A stretch of DNA of 64,000 nt from the human T2T-CHM13v2.0 reference genome, Homo sapiens. This document shows, one piece after another, positions 34,730 through 51,256 of the stretch. The notes below the pieces were generated by a model, which searched no databases, was not told where the DNA came from, and worked only from the letters and a program-made list of their open reading frames with translations. The DNA is taken from NCBI RefSeq assembly GCF_009914755.1, contig NC_060939.1; one strand, 5' to 3'. The translations under genes and the position numbers were made by a program. Every line of letters starts with the position of its first letter. The stretch's first letter is position 1.

Positions 34730-35789
34730 GTAATTTTGCAAAACACATTTAATGTCATTTTCAATCATTTAGAAAAGAACTTCTCTTCCCCGAATAAATC
34801 AGCGGGGCGGGGCTCGTCGAAGCTGCACTTTCTGATTCAGCAGACCTGAGATTCTTCATTTGTAATAAATTCTCGGGTGATGCTGATGCTGCTGATCTGG
34901 AACATGATCTTCGCAGTAATATTATACACTTCCCCACATTGAAATTGGGAAGAAGAAACATTGGAGAGCAGATCAAGACATAAGGGGATCAGGGGACAGC
35001 ATAATTTTGCTTTAATTCTACAGCATGTTTTCACCAAGGGTGGAAGGAGAATGAGTTGAAGTATAGATTTTACAGACGTCACATCGTATTGCTAAAAACA
35101 GACGGAAAAGTTATTGTAATAACCAGTAAAATTGTGGAACGAGAACCAATGAGACCACTGATGTAGCAATTATTTTACTCTAGCAAGAGGGATTGTGAGG
35201 CAGGAAGGAGGGAAAAGAAGAAGTTATTTATGTAATTTTGGGGTTTCTGCTGAGGAAACCTGAGTCAACTCACTTCAGATGCATTTAGCATGTTTACACA
35301 AAAAGGATTTTATTTTGGCAGCTCCAGGAACTACTGGATGAAGCAAAGAAAGCTAGAATTGGGATAAACCACATTGACTAATTACTTCTCTTCGTTACTA
35401 TTAGGCATAAGACATATCTTTTGTTGATTTTTGTTATAAAAATTAGATAAACTTGAATATCAATACATTGGCTTCATTCATCCAAGTGCTATCTCATGGC
35501 TAAAATAGCTATTTAATGAATATGATTTAGAGGATAGCATAATCCTCCTAATGAGACAAAAACAACTATAATGTTGAGTTCATCAACTGACTCTTAAAAT
35601 GGTTCACAGGCGTGAACCACCGTGCCTGGCCTAAAAATATAAGGTTTTATTCAGATGTTTCTACTTTTACATTTTGATACTCTGAAGTTTCCAATTTGGA
35701 ATTTCAATAGTTTTTAGAGATTTAAAGAGATCAATTTTGACACTGTAAAATATTTGTTTTGCTTTAAAAGTCAATTCAAATTATGGCCA

Positions 35790-37400
35790 CTTTGGTCTCA
35801 TATATTGTGAGGCTGGTTTGTTATTAGGGGCATAAAGACTTAGGATTGTTATGTTTTGTTGATTAACTGAACCTTTTACTATTGTGACATGACATTTGTT
35901 ATTTATTGCTAGAATTTTTTTTTTTTTTGCTATGAAATCTACTTTGTTATTAATACAGCCACTCCTGCTCTGCTGCCTTTGGCAACTGTTAGCATGTATC
36001 TTTTTCCATCCTTACAACCAATTTGTGTCTTTACATTTAAAGTGCATTTCTTATAGGCAGCCTGCAGTTGGGTCTTGCTTTCTTGCTGAGCCTGACAGTC
36101 TGTATTATAGTTGAGGTTCTTAGACAAGTGTCGTTTATAATGTGACTATTGATACAGTTATGTTTGTCTAGTAGCTGTTTGATTGCTATTAGTCCCAACT
36201 GTTCTTTGTTCCCCTTCTTTTCCTGCTTTCTTTTAGATTAGTCAACTGTTTTTTACGATTCAATTTTATATATATTTTTGGGTTTATTAGCGATAACTGT
36301 TTTGCTATCTTAGTGTTTAGGATTTTTAGTATATAATTTTAACTTATCACAGTTCACCTTCAGTAATATTATACATCATAGATGGTATAAAAATTACAAT
36401 GATACATTTTCATTTTTTTCTGTCCCAGACACTTCCTACCTGAATCTGTGAGATTATGGTTTGTATTAAGCATTAGAATATTTTGGGCCATTTTTTCTTT
36501 AATTTTTTTTCTGTCTCTTCTTTTTTATTTGGGGAGTTATCTGTGAGCTGCTTGAAAGTTTCTTGCAGTTTATTGTGTCAAATTTAGGAATTTTTCCTTT
36601 GTTATCTCTAATTTGTGTTTATTTCCATCCACTATAGTTTTTACTTCTGACAATGTAATTTGCATCTCTGCAAGTATGGTTTGTTTTTTTTTTTTTAAAA
36701 AAAAAAACCTTCCCTGCTTCCACTTATTGTCTTGAGTTTTATTTGGAGTACAGAGATTTACTTAAAATCTTTCCATGCTTGCTTTTAGATTTGGGGTAAT
36801 TCCTCACTCCTGAGACAAGACCTTTCTGAATATTCATTGTCCTGTGAAGTATGTGGTATTTTGGCCTGGCTCATGGGAATGGACGCTCTTCCAGTCATTG
36901 TGTGAACCCCAGACATAGTTTCTGCTAATTTTCTTTAACTTTTTTTAAATTTTATTTTCCATTGTTCTTAGGAAGTTTCCTAGCACACAAGCACTTTTCA
37001 TTACTCCACTAAATACACAAGAGGGAATCTCTGCACACCTCCAGGATTTGTTTCCTGTACTGCTTTTTTCTCTCCAGTTTTCTGTCCTGTGATCTCTATC
37101 TGCTTTGGTTTTCCTAGCCTCTCAGCTTCATCACCCCAGCTCTATGTCAGATTTTCTCCCTTTTTCATGGCCTTGAACCTCTGTTAAAACTCTGTCAAAA
37201 GAGCTGGGACATTTGTAATGCCTGCTATATTTGTTTTCTGTCTTTCAGTGATCACCTACCATCTTCATTGCCTGAAGTCCACTGTGTTGAAAATCATTGT
37301 TTAATGTATTTTGTCTGTTTTGTTTTTTATTCATTTAGATAAGATGAAAAATCAGTATCTGTTACTCCATCAGAGCTAGTAACAGATTGCAGCAGAGCTT
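35790..37400 (-). mobile_element. Old, degenerate L1M-type fragments
   Basis: T-rich antisense endonuclease-region-like sequence (ttttccatccttacaacc, catttcttataggcagc). Confidence 0.5.
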
Positions 37401-37823
37401 CAGCACAGCACATGCTGCAAACCGGCCAGAGTGATTTTCTTTCCTCTTTGCTTAACTGCTTCTTTCTCATCCTTCATTTCTCAGTGTAGCATCTCTTCCT
37501 CACGGAAATCTTCCCTGGATGAAGTATAGATCAAATTATCTTATGCAATCATATAACTATGGTTTGTGTTTTTTTTACAGGACCCATCTGAGTTTATAAC
37601 TGTCATCTTTTTATCTTGGTTCTTCGCTATACTTTAAGCTAAAATAATAGCAGAAGTGTTGTCTTATCTTCAGAGCTTATTATAATATCTTCCACCTTGT
37701 AGGCACTCAATATGTACATACTTGTTCAGTGTCTGAATGAATACATGTTAAAAATGCACGGTCCTTTATATCCAGAAATCTACTCATGTATTTTATCTCT
37801 ACTTTGCTTTTTCCCAGTTACAG

Positions 37824-38093
<270 letters not shown>

Positions 38094-38568
38094 TAAGGAG
38101 AGGTTTTGTAATTATGAACTTTCCTTCTAGGATTTAACAAGGAAGAAAGCTTCTTAATCTTATAGAGTGTGAAATTATTGGATATAATATCACTAGTTCT
38201 TAATTGTGAATACTTCTCTAATAATTAAATGCATATTCTTTTAAATCATAGTTTTAATGGCTGTATAGAATTTTATGCTTTGGAAATCTCATTATTTAAT
38301 TGATGAATTGAATTTTAGGTTTTAAAAAGTTTTTGTAATAATGCTACAAGGAACATCTTTTATATACACATAGTTTTCTACATTTCTAATTATTTACCTT
38401 GGATAAATTCTTCTGGTTAAAGTATAGACACTTTTTTAGATCTGTTTTACATCTTTGATCAATATTTCTAAATTGTTCTTAAGAATGTTTATATTAATTT
38501 ATAATTCAACCAACAGAGTATAAAACAGATATTTTTCTTTACACAGAATAATTATTTTAAAAACTATC

Positions 38569-38874
<306 letters not shown>

Positions 38875-39611
38875 TTATTGTTAATATGCAGGGAATAAAA
38901 AGTAAAATAGAAAGTGATTACTGATTAGCTTATTCAACATCTCTGTCTCTGCTATGTAGATAAAATTAATTCAGTTTTATGCTGAAGACATGTATTATTC
39001 TTTATTGTTTAATTAAATATTAGATCTTGTGTTGTTCCAAAACATATTTTAAAATTGGTTATAAAATACATACTAATCAATAGGATAGACTGGAAGTGTT
39101 ACCCAAAAAACAATCTTAAAAAGTGTAGGGTAACATATTACATTCTTAACCTAGTCTTGGATTACAATAATCTGTAGATATGTTTCATAAAGACATCAAA
39201 AATGCTATCTTACAATATAAATTATGTTTAGGGATACTTGCAATGAATGTTTCATGAAGATGAAAATGTATTTCTAGTGAATGTATCAACTTGTTTATAA
39301 AAAGTAACTTTATGTTAATTAACTAAATGATTCATCCTAACTGAGGAGTAATTACTGTGTGAAGAAAAGATAATTTTTATCTTGTAACTTTACTGAATAA
39401 TTTTCAACATCCTTTTTCATACTATTTGCTGGAGTTACTAGTAACAGAAACTTATGCAGGTTGTTCTTTTATCAATACATTTCAACTTACACATGTCCTT
39501 TGGATGAGATTGAGGTGAGAAACTAAAAACATGAGGACTAGAAAGAAAAATAATATTTAAGAACATAGAAATTTCTTTAGGATAATAAACCAACATACGA
39601 ATGTTTTCTAA

Positions 39612-40363
39612 TATCAACAAAGAGAGTCAAACTCTGTAAGATATTTGAAGAGATTTATTCTGAGCCAAATATGAGTGACTGTGGCCCCTGACACAGCCCT
39701 CAGGAGGTCCTGAGAACATGTTCCCAAGGTGGTCGGGGCGCAGCTTGGTTTTATTCATTTTAGGGAGGCATGAGACATCAATCAAATACATTTAAGAAAT
39801 ACATTGGTTTGGTTCAGAAAGGCAGGCCAACTCAAAGCTGGGGCTTCCAGGCTACAGGTAAATTTAAACATTTTATCGTTGACAATTGGTTGAGTTTATT
39901 TGAAGAGCTGGGATTAATGGAAAGAAATGTTCAGATTAAGATAAATGATTGTGGAGACCAAGTTTTATTGTGCAGAGAAATCTCTCAGCAGACTTCAGAG
40001 AGAGCAGTTGTAAAATGTTTCTTATCGGACCCAAAAGGGTGCCTGGCTGTTAGCTGATTATCCCCTGGATCTGCATAGAAAGGAAGGAAAACAAAGGGGA
40101 AAGAGGGTACTCTATAGAATGTGGATTTTTCCCACAAGAGACTTTGCAGGGCAATTTCAAGGCATGGCAAGGAAATATATTTTGGATTAAATATTTTATT
40201 CCTTGTCTCATAATGTTATGCCAGAGTCAGATTGAAAAGCAAGTCACAATATACAGGGTCAAATAAAACCCATCTGATGAGAATCCATGGTTTGTAGAGC
40301 ATGACTCCCTGGACCCCTTAGGTAGGAATTTGGGCAAGATAAAAAATTAGAGCTTAGTCCTCA
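39612..40363 (-). mobile_element. Solo LTR, MER4 family (MER4E-like, ERV1)
   Basis: Minus strand starts tgaggactaagctctaatttttt...; contains gagatttattctgagccaaatatgagtgac; flanks ctaa/ctga look like a 4-bp TSD. Confidence 0.8.
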
Positions 40364-40382
40364 CTGATAAGATAAATTCTAA

Positions 40383-40589
<207 letters not shown>

Positions 40590-40716
40590 TAATGCTTGGT
40601 AAAACTTCATATTTCTACTCATTAATATTACTTACAATATCTCTTTCATTTAATGTATATTATTTAGACCTAAACAGTCCCCAAATTTTATTTCATCTTA
40701 AAAATGAATCATGGTG

Positions 40717-41034
<318 letters not shown>

Positions 41035-42035
41035 TCATGGCATTTATAGCTACAATTATTTATAATAAATCTTGAAATATTTTATTTTAGTTCAAAGGCC
41101 TTATGTAAACAATGCTATTCTTTAATATATACTTAATGATATTGTAAGTATTTTGTTCCTAGTGACATAGTTCAGCATATTTTCCCCTATTTCATGTTAA
41201 TTACGTTTCAAATGTTATGGAAAAGAAATAAAAGTTATCACAATAGTAAATAATCTCATGATTTTCTAAAAAGAGCTTTATAAATTTAATTTTCTTGACT
41301 TTTGGTGTCTTGAAATAGAAGATTATTTTTGTATGTATGTATCTACCTCACAGAAGTTATTGATTTGGTGGAAGAGCACTAGGATTAGAGTCAGAAAAGC
41401 TGGGAAAAATCCTGCAGCTTCCTTATATTTTTAACCTTTTGCTATAGAATTATAACTAAATGAGTTCATTGATTTGTGTGTGTAAAAGTGCTTAGTACAA
41501 TGCCTAGACTTATCATTTATCAATAAATATCATTCTTAAAACTGACCATAAAAATATTAGAAAAGTAGAATATCTAGACAATATTTTAGAAAAAGGGAGC
41601 TTAAAGAATTTGGAAAATGTCATTCATCTGTCCAAATGTCTGCCAAGCTAAGGCTCTCACTACAGAGAGAGGTATAGTTTAGATGTTAGAGTGTAAACCC
41701 AATTTTTTAATGTGGTCATAGTTATTAATTCTTCATGCCTTGCAAATTGTTGTAATTCAGTAAAAGCCTTTTTTCATCCTGAAATTTAAAAAAATTATCT
41801 AGTGGTTTCTTTTTTGCTTTCATGGATTCACTGTCTTCAAATAAACTTTTGAACTTTGGGGAATTTATGCCATATGAGGTTTGAGGTTTTGACTCAACTT
41901 CTTTTTTCCCATTTAGATATACAGTTATGGCAACCTCTCATTGTATAAATGTACGGGTTATTATTTAATTTCAGAAACAATCACAATATGTTATCCTATT
42001 GGATACTAGTTACAAGTTTTCTTTGTTTTATTTAG

Positions 42036-43005
<970 letters not shown>

Positions 43006-44334
43006 TAATATTTGGTTACAGCTGAATGTTGGATCTAGTTGAATATAAAAAAGGATACATATGATAAATATATCTGCTTAGAAACATTCCTTGTTTCCAA
43101 CAAGTCAAAGTTAGATCTGAGAGATGTTTTCCTCTGATTAAAGTCAATGTGTCACTTATAAAATTTTAAGTTATAAAATGTTAATATAGACTAATAGTAA
43201 TAATATAGTCATACTACTGAAATAATAATTTTAATGTATTTATGTTGCAACATTTTAAGACCATGATAAATCAGATATATGGAAATGCTCATACCTAAAA
43301 TGGTATTTTGAAGTTGATTCAATAAATTGGGGTACTTTGACAGTTAATTTCAGATTTCCTAGATGAGCTGAAGTGTATTCCCTATTTCATAATTACTTTT
43401 CTTCAGTAGCTTTAAATATGTCTTAGTAGGTAAAATTTTGCTCTTCTTCATGTCAGTTTGACTTAAATCTGAAACTATTTCAATCTCAAGTTATGTATAG
43501 ATATGATCATTCTATTTTCAAAGGCATCTAATTTTACTTATAATATGGGGAAAATGAAGTAAATTTTAGCCAAATCATATTTGATTTAATCTTCCCACTG
43601 GCATTTATAATTTACTTTCATTTTTAAATAAAAAATTTGCTCCTAATTTTTATTTCAAGGCTCAATTACTATCATTTGGATATAACTTTGTCCAGGACAA
43701 AAAGAGGCATAGCTATCTGTGATTTATTAGTTTGACACTGCATCCCCATTTTCAGACTAAGGAGGATTTCAGACTAACGAGGAGTGGCAGGACTCAGAGT
43801 AGGAATGGAGTGAGTAGGGAGGAGAGATATAGCAGCTGAGTCAGGGTGGGAGGTGGAGGGCAGGTTACTTAGAGCATCTAAGGCCACTGTAATTTTACTT
43901 TTCTTCTGAGATAGACATCTATTGGAAGCATTTAAGCAGATGATTTAATGTGAGGAACTCTGAGGTTGATTTGAGTTTCTAATAAAAAGAAAGAGGGAAA
44001 TCATTCCACAATGTATAATTTACTACCATCGGTCTCAACCACATACTCATTTCTTTTTGAGACTTCAGGTTTTTAAGCATTGCAGATTCATCAGGGGAGG
44101 AATGACTAGTGGGCTGAATATGTTGTGTGAATAACAATACCAGTTTGGCAGGAAGATAACACCTTCTGTATCCTTAACTGGATTCAGTAATACACAGGAA
44201 TGTGTACACATGAGGAAAAGAAGGTGAATCGATCTGTGTGGTGATATTTTTCAAAGTGTATGCTTTAGAGTTAAATATTATTAATGGTTTAATAATAAGG
44301 TGATTTGTAAAATCAGTAACAAAAATAACATCAG

Positions 44335-44522
<188 letters not shown>

Positions 44523-45666
44523 TAGCTAGTTAACTAATATAAAGTGTTTTGGGGTACTAATTTTAGTGGATGGCTTTCTTTTGTATTTTTATTATAATTA
44601 ATTTTATTAAAATTTTATAGTGGATGGCTTTCTTTTGTATTTTCCTTATTATTAATTTTATTAAAATTTTATTATAATGCACCTATATCTTAATCTCTTT
44701 TATTCTGCCATTTTTTATACATATTTTTTTCTTAAATATTTAACCTTAGGAAAGTTGAGAATTATGCATCATTTCTCACAGAAGTTGAGAGAGTTTTTTT
44801 TTTTTACCTGTTAAACACTCTATTTTTAATGATTTCTCTGTTGGCATGGTGAGGCAAGCCAGATTAATTCAGAGGACAGTGTCTAATGGAATGTTTCAGA
44901 AAATTATCTTATTTTTAGTCTCTACTTTTCTGAACGTATAAAGAACTTGTGTTTACTTATTTCATAGATTTCAGGTTAACTTTTTCAGAAAGGCCATTTT
45001 ACTGAATAAATTTTTATTTTGATGAAAATCCTTACTCTCTTTCTATTGGGCTCAGAGAGCACATTTTGTCTCTATATGAATATGGACAGTTAGCATTTGC
45101 CAACATGTATCTATTTTCTCTTATTTATAGAAAAAGCTAAACTAAAAAGGGGGTTATATAAGGTCAGCAAAGGATGAGTTTGAGATGTTCGGGTTGGTTA
45201 AGTGGGCATTTAGACAACAAGGTTTCTCCTTTGGCATGTTTAATGGACATCTTTGCAGTTTAAGATGACGCTTTTAAATTACTTCTCTCCTAATGATGAC
45301 TTGAGTCCTGCTATTCAATGGGAGAGTCAATAAGATCCTGTAGGATCTTATTTGGAACTGACTTTGTCGATTTTAATTTTGTTCCTGCTTGTTTTTAAAT
45401 TTTCTTGTTGTTTCCCTAGAAAGGAAAGATGACGCTTAGTTTTAAATATTTAAAAATGTGCAAGTTGCTTTGCTATAATAAAACTAAATGCATACATACA
45501 AAAAATAAAATTATAGTTGATGTGGTAGTGTTTGGAATTCAAAATATAAATGCTTAGCATGAGGTAATCCTTTATCTTTCCACATTTTACCAGTTTGCAA
45601 GTTTGAGTATTTAACTGATAAAATGTAATACAAAAGCAAGAAGAATGTTGTGTTTTAGTCCTAGAG

Positions 45667-45870
45667 CAGGGGTCTGTGAACTTTTCTGTAAAGGGCCAGA
45701 TAGTATTATTTAAGGCTTTGTGAGCCATAATATCACTGTTGCAATAACTCAGCCCTGCAGTTATAGCACAAAAGTAGCCACAAACAATATGCAGATTGAA
45801 GGGGTGTGGCAGTGTCCCACTAAAATTAATTACAAAAAACAGGTAATGGGATGATTTATCCTAGATTCTG
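45667..45870 (+). mobile_element. MER58A-like hAT MITE
   Basis: caggggtctgtgaacttttctgtaaagggccagatagta... Confidence 0.75.
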
Positions 45871-45996
45871 ACCTTTTTTAAATAAAAAAGATTGTGATAG
45901 TCTAAAATATTTTATATATATTTTGTTGATTCATTCATCTACTGATGGACATTTAGGTCATTTCCAAATGTAATTTTTTTTAATTCTTTGTTTTAG

Positions 45997-46067
45997 TTTC
46001 AAGAAATACAGGATCAACTTACAGCTACTATAAGATGTACTAAGGAGATGGAAGGTGATGCACAAAA
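45997..46067 (+). pseudogene. 71-nt exon FQEIQDQLTATIRCTKEMEGDAQK
   Basis: ttttag|TTT CAA...CAA AA|gtaaaa. Confidence 0.88.
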
Positions 46068-46389
46068 GTAAAATTTGAAGCAGCACACAAAATAACTTGA
46101 GTATTTATAAAGCAAAAGAGCACTGTAGTATGAAAATTGTATCAGTTATGATAAGTATGTCTTTGTGAAGCCAAAAATGTTTCATCTGTAAGCTATATTG
46201 ACATACATCATTTTTCTACATTATTCCTAAATTTTGCATATTATCAACAAAACACAGGTAGAAAAAATGACACAGTAGCCCAGTCATCTACTCTTGTGTT
46301 TGCTAAGAATTTGTGTAATTATACCTTCAGAAGTTTGTTTAGAATTTACATGATTTAAAAACAATTATATGTGAGAGTAATTATTTTAA

Positions 46390-46503
<114 letters not shown>

Positions 46504-46555
46504 TGATCTCTTAATTTCTGTCATACTGAAAACGAATTTTATTTTTCCAGTAGGA

Positions 46556-46905
46556 CGGGTTAAATATCCCTTGTCCAAAATGCTTGGGACCAAAAGTAGA
46601 TTTTTTTCAGATTTTGGAATATTTGTATATACCTAATGAAATATCTTGGGGATGGTACCTGAGTCTAAACATGAAATTCATTTATGTTTCATATATACCT
46701 TATGCACATAGCCTGAAGGTAATTCTCTACAATATTTTACAGTAATTTTTTGCAGGTAACAAAGTTTTTACTGTTTTCCCCAGAGCCTGTCACATGAGGT
46801 CAGGTGTGGAACGTTGCAGTTGTGGTGTCATGTCCGTGCTCAAAAAGTTTCAGGTTGTAGAGCATTTTGGATTTCAGATTTATAGGTTAGGGATGATCAA
46901 TCTAC
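46556..46905. mobile_element. Tigger4/Zombi (MER46-type) DNA transposon
   Basis: tatcccttgtccaaaatgcttgggacc...ggttagggatgatcaatct with inverted termini. Confidence 0.75.
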
Positions 46906-46995
46906 AGTACAGAAGCTCCTTGACTTGCAGTGGGTTTACATGATAATGTCTCTTGTTTGACTGAAACTTTATAAGTAATATTTGATTTATTTCAG

Positions 46996-47026
46996 ATGCT
47001 GCCAGGTGTTCAAGAGCTAGATGAAG
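46996..47026 (+). pseudogene. Last coding exon (MLQVF.S* type) with a +1 C
   Basis: ttcag|ATG CTG c CAG GTG TTC AAG AGC TAG; AATAAA at ~47068. Confidence 0.7.
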
Positions 47027-47489
47027 GTATGTTGCCAAAATTTATGAATTAAATCATTGATTTCTGAAATAAACTGTAAGTAGTGAATGGTATTCCTCTC
47101 AATTGCTTGGTTAATACATGCTACATTAAATATTTTTTCTTACACACATCTAGTGAAAGATGTGAAAACATAATCATTCATAGTGAAGAGTATACTTATG
47201 CTTTGTTACTTCGTCATGTTCCATAGCTTTAAAAAAAATCACAAGAAGTCTGTGTATCTCTTTTTTTCTGGCCCTACACTTTTCTTCTGCCACCCCTATA
47301 GAACTGTCAGCCTGCACACTGAAACTGTTCTCATAAAACAAAGGCATCATCAACTTCTCAAGGTTAAGGTAGTGATTTAAGGCTAACAGACCCCACACTC
47401 ATGTGATAATAATTGGTTAAGCAATTACAGGTCACAAGCAGTCACTTGACCAGTGACATTTTAAATCTCTAGTCATTGACTTTGTCATT

Positions 47490-47990
47490 GGTTTACTTTT
47501 GCACCTGGGAAAAGTTGAAAATTCCTTAGCATGGAATCAAAACTCTCACATCAGTGTGGTTCTTGTCAGGTTATTCAGCCTTATCTTTCGCCACTTACCA
47601 TACTCTGCACCTTTGTTCTAGCATCCAGCCAAACTAGACTACACGGAGCTCCACAGTGATCATCCTCACCTCCACCTCTTTGCATTTACTTCTTCCCTCT
47701 ATCCTACATGTGTTTTCCTTCCCCTTCAGATATCAACCTAGGAATTGCCTCTATCAAAAAGCCTACAATATTGACACAAACCTGGGCTAGTATCCCTTCT
47801 ATGTCTTCCAGTAAGTGGTGTCTTATGCCTGTCATTGTATGTATGACTCTGTATGGGAATTGCCTGTTTGTTTTTTCGGATTATAGCATACAGTTGTTGA
47901 GGGGTGCACCGTATCATCTTTATCTTGTTAATCCAGTGCTTGTCCTAGTACCTTAGCACATGGTTGCTGAATACATGAATGAAGAGTGAG
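47490..47990 (+). mobile_element. L2 3' fragment
   Basis: Pyrimidine-rich; ends cttagcacatggttgctgaatacatgaatgaa, like the L2 tail. Confidence 0.6.
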
Positions 47991-48219
47991 AAACCAGAAG
48001 CTCTGATACTTAACTGCCATGATAATGAAATCAGTGTGCAACTATGGGCAAATTATATTTAATAGTAATTGCATATTGTACATATTTTTCATTCTTATTA
48101 ACACTGATAAACTTTTCAACTTATACTGACTTTCTCTCAGTTAACTGTGAAATCATTTAGATAGAATGAAAAAGAATTATATTCTTTAACTTCTGAATTT
48201 AAATCTGAATCCTCTATAG

Positions 48220-48280
48220 CAGGGGTCCCCAACCCCCAGGCCACAGTCAGGTCCATGGAGTATACAGTTTAAGACCTCTG
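48220..48280. mobile_element. Tiny internally deleted hAT (MER1-like) element
   Basis: caggggtccccaacccc ... gtttaagacctctg termini; 8-bp flanks ctctatag / ctgtacag. Confidence 0.5.
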
Positions 48281-48984
48281 CTGTACAGCTATACCTCCAT
48301 GCTTGCTTTCAGTGGCCATGACACTTTATTCAAATATGTAAGTTTTATTAAGACTGAGTTCTTAAAAAGAAAAAACCAAGAACCTTAGATACAACTAGTG
48401 AAGTATTGAGACCTGTCCATATTTAAAACCAAGCACACAATACCACTTAAAACGTTCCCCAGAAAGCCTCTATACTGAAATGCTTGAAAGTGAGCAGTGC
48501 TGACTCTCGATTATTACCAATTGCATTAAATATGACACTTGTTTTGTTTCTTTTGGCTATAAGGAGAAAATGTCATTTTGTATATGAGTGAGCACAGAGG
48601 AGAGAGAATGCGGGAAAGAATAGAATGGGCCAATAATTTTTTACTAAATACTCCAGTTCTCAGCTTTTTAAATCAACAGACAAAATGAATCACCTAAACC
48701 TAAAATCTTTGTGAATAGTATAAATTGTCTTTTAAATTAAATGCATATATTTTTATGTTTTACTTTTTCAAGACAAAAGCAGGATATTAGTACAATATAA
48801 GATTTATAGAGGAGCAAATTTCTTGAGATAGGAAACCCTTAAAAGCAGTATTTAAAGTGCTTAAATACTGTCACATATGTTTAATAATCATAATACTTAA
48901 TTGTGAGAACTAGGAGCTCATATTACTACTAAAACCAAATAAAAATTCAATACGTATTTGTTAACTCAATTTAAGGATGTTTAC

Positions 48985-49089
48985 CTTAATACTGACACAG
49001 TGTGGATGGTAACACTGACCACACTGAGAACAGGCAAGTAATCTTCCTTCTGCTCCTTGGCCAAAACTGCCACAAACTACACACATATC
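48985..49089 (-). pseudogene. KMT2C: KMT2C exon 18 copy (PHD finger, 105 nt)
   Basis: DMCVVCGSFGQGAEGRLLACSQCGQCYHPHCVSIK; cttcag| ... |gtaaac. Confidence 0.95.
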
Positions 49090-49281
49090 CTGAAGTTAAG
49101 AAAACAGAACATATTTTAAATGGAGACTAAGCTAAAAACCTACAAATTTTACTTTAAAAATACCTTCTTAACTAATATAGCTCTATAGCTAAATATTGGA
49201 TCACTTCTGTGTATATGAGATAAAGCAGAAATGTGCAAGGAGGAATTCAATGAGGAAGACAGTAAATTGTCAAGTTCAAAC

Positions 49282-49383
49282 CTGATTCAAAGTGAATTTG
49301 TCACTGCTAGAAAACAACACAACCGTAGTGTGCATAGAGTTTTCTTCATCATCCTTATTTGATGAAATATCTGCAGTAGACAC
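49282..49383 (-). pseudogene. KMT2C: KMT2C exon 17 copy (102 nt)
   Basis: VSTADISSNKDDEENSMHTTVVLFSSSDKFTLNQ. Confidence 0.93.
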
Positions 49384-49863
49384 CTATAAAAAAGCAAAAT
49401 ACACAAAATACGAAGTTATATTTTTCACTTGTTTTACACTTAACTGGAAAGCTTCAGAAAATTCATAATCAAAACATATATTTTTGCTAAGGTCTAGAAT
49501 AACAATTCCAAATATTAATGCTAAGATAGTACTATAAAATGGAGTCATGACATTTTATTATTCACCTAATTCTCTCTTTAGAGGTAGAATTCCTATAGAC
49601 CAATAAGTAATGAGAAAATATAATAAACCTGTCTTAGTAAGACTTGATTATGCAGAATTCTAATCAAGAAACTATAAATGATAATATTATATGTATGTAC
49701 ACACACAAATCTATCACTATTTTAATGACACACACTTGGGATCTGCAATGTAGTTAGTCTGAACTGAGATGTCCTGCAAACATAAAATACAGCACATAAT
49801 TACATATTACATGTTGAAATGGTAATATTTTAGATATATCGAAATGGAAGGCATTAAAATTAA

Positions 49864-50132
<269 letters not shown>

Positions 50133-50521
50133 ATTGTAACTTATTAATGTGGCTACTAGGAAGTTTTAAGGTGCATATGTGGTTCTCATTATATTTCTAT
50201 TAGCACCGCTTTAGAATATTATTTTGAATAACATCAAAATTTCAGTATTAGCCAAATGATTATCAACCAATATTGTTCAGTCTGGGCTTAGTTCTATTTG
50301 ACTAAATCAACTAAATACCCACTGGTTTGTTAATAATTTCTAGAGTGATTATGAAACAAAATAAAGCTCTGAACTAGAAGTTGTAGAAGAAGACAAGGAG
50401 GGCACTGCCAAAATCATAAAATACAATCCTCTTTCTTTAAAAAGCTTACAATCGAAGCCTGGAAAGACAGTTGAAACACAACAGGTTATGTTCAAGGTCA
50501 AAACATAATACAACTGAATTA

Positions 50522-50862
<341 letters not shown>

Positions 50863-50893
50863 AGGAAGGAAGTTTGGTTGGTTAACTAAATAG

Positions 50894-51256
<363 letters not shown>

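Noticed and set aside
44564-44670. ~54-bp diverged tandem duplication
   Set aside because: Ordinary intronic slippage with no functional signal
48220-48280. Truncated MER1-like start as the ANKRD36/KMT2C breakpoint
   Set aside because: It has a plausible opposite terminus and 6/8-matching flanks, so it may be a self-contained small hAT element; the breakpoint cannot be placed without alignment
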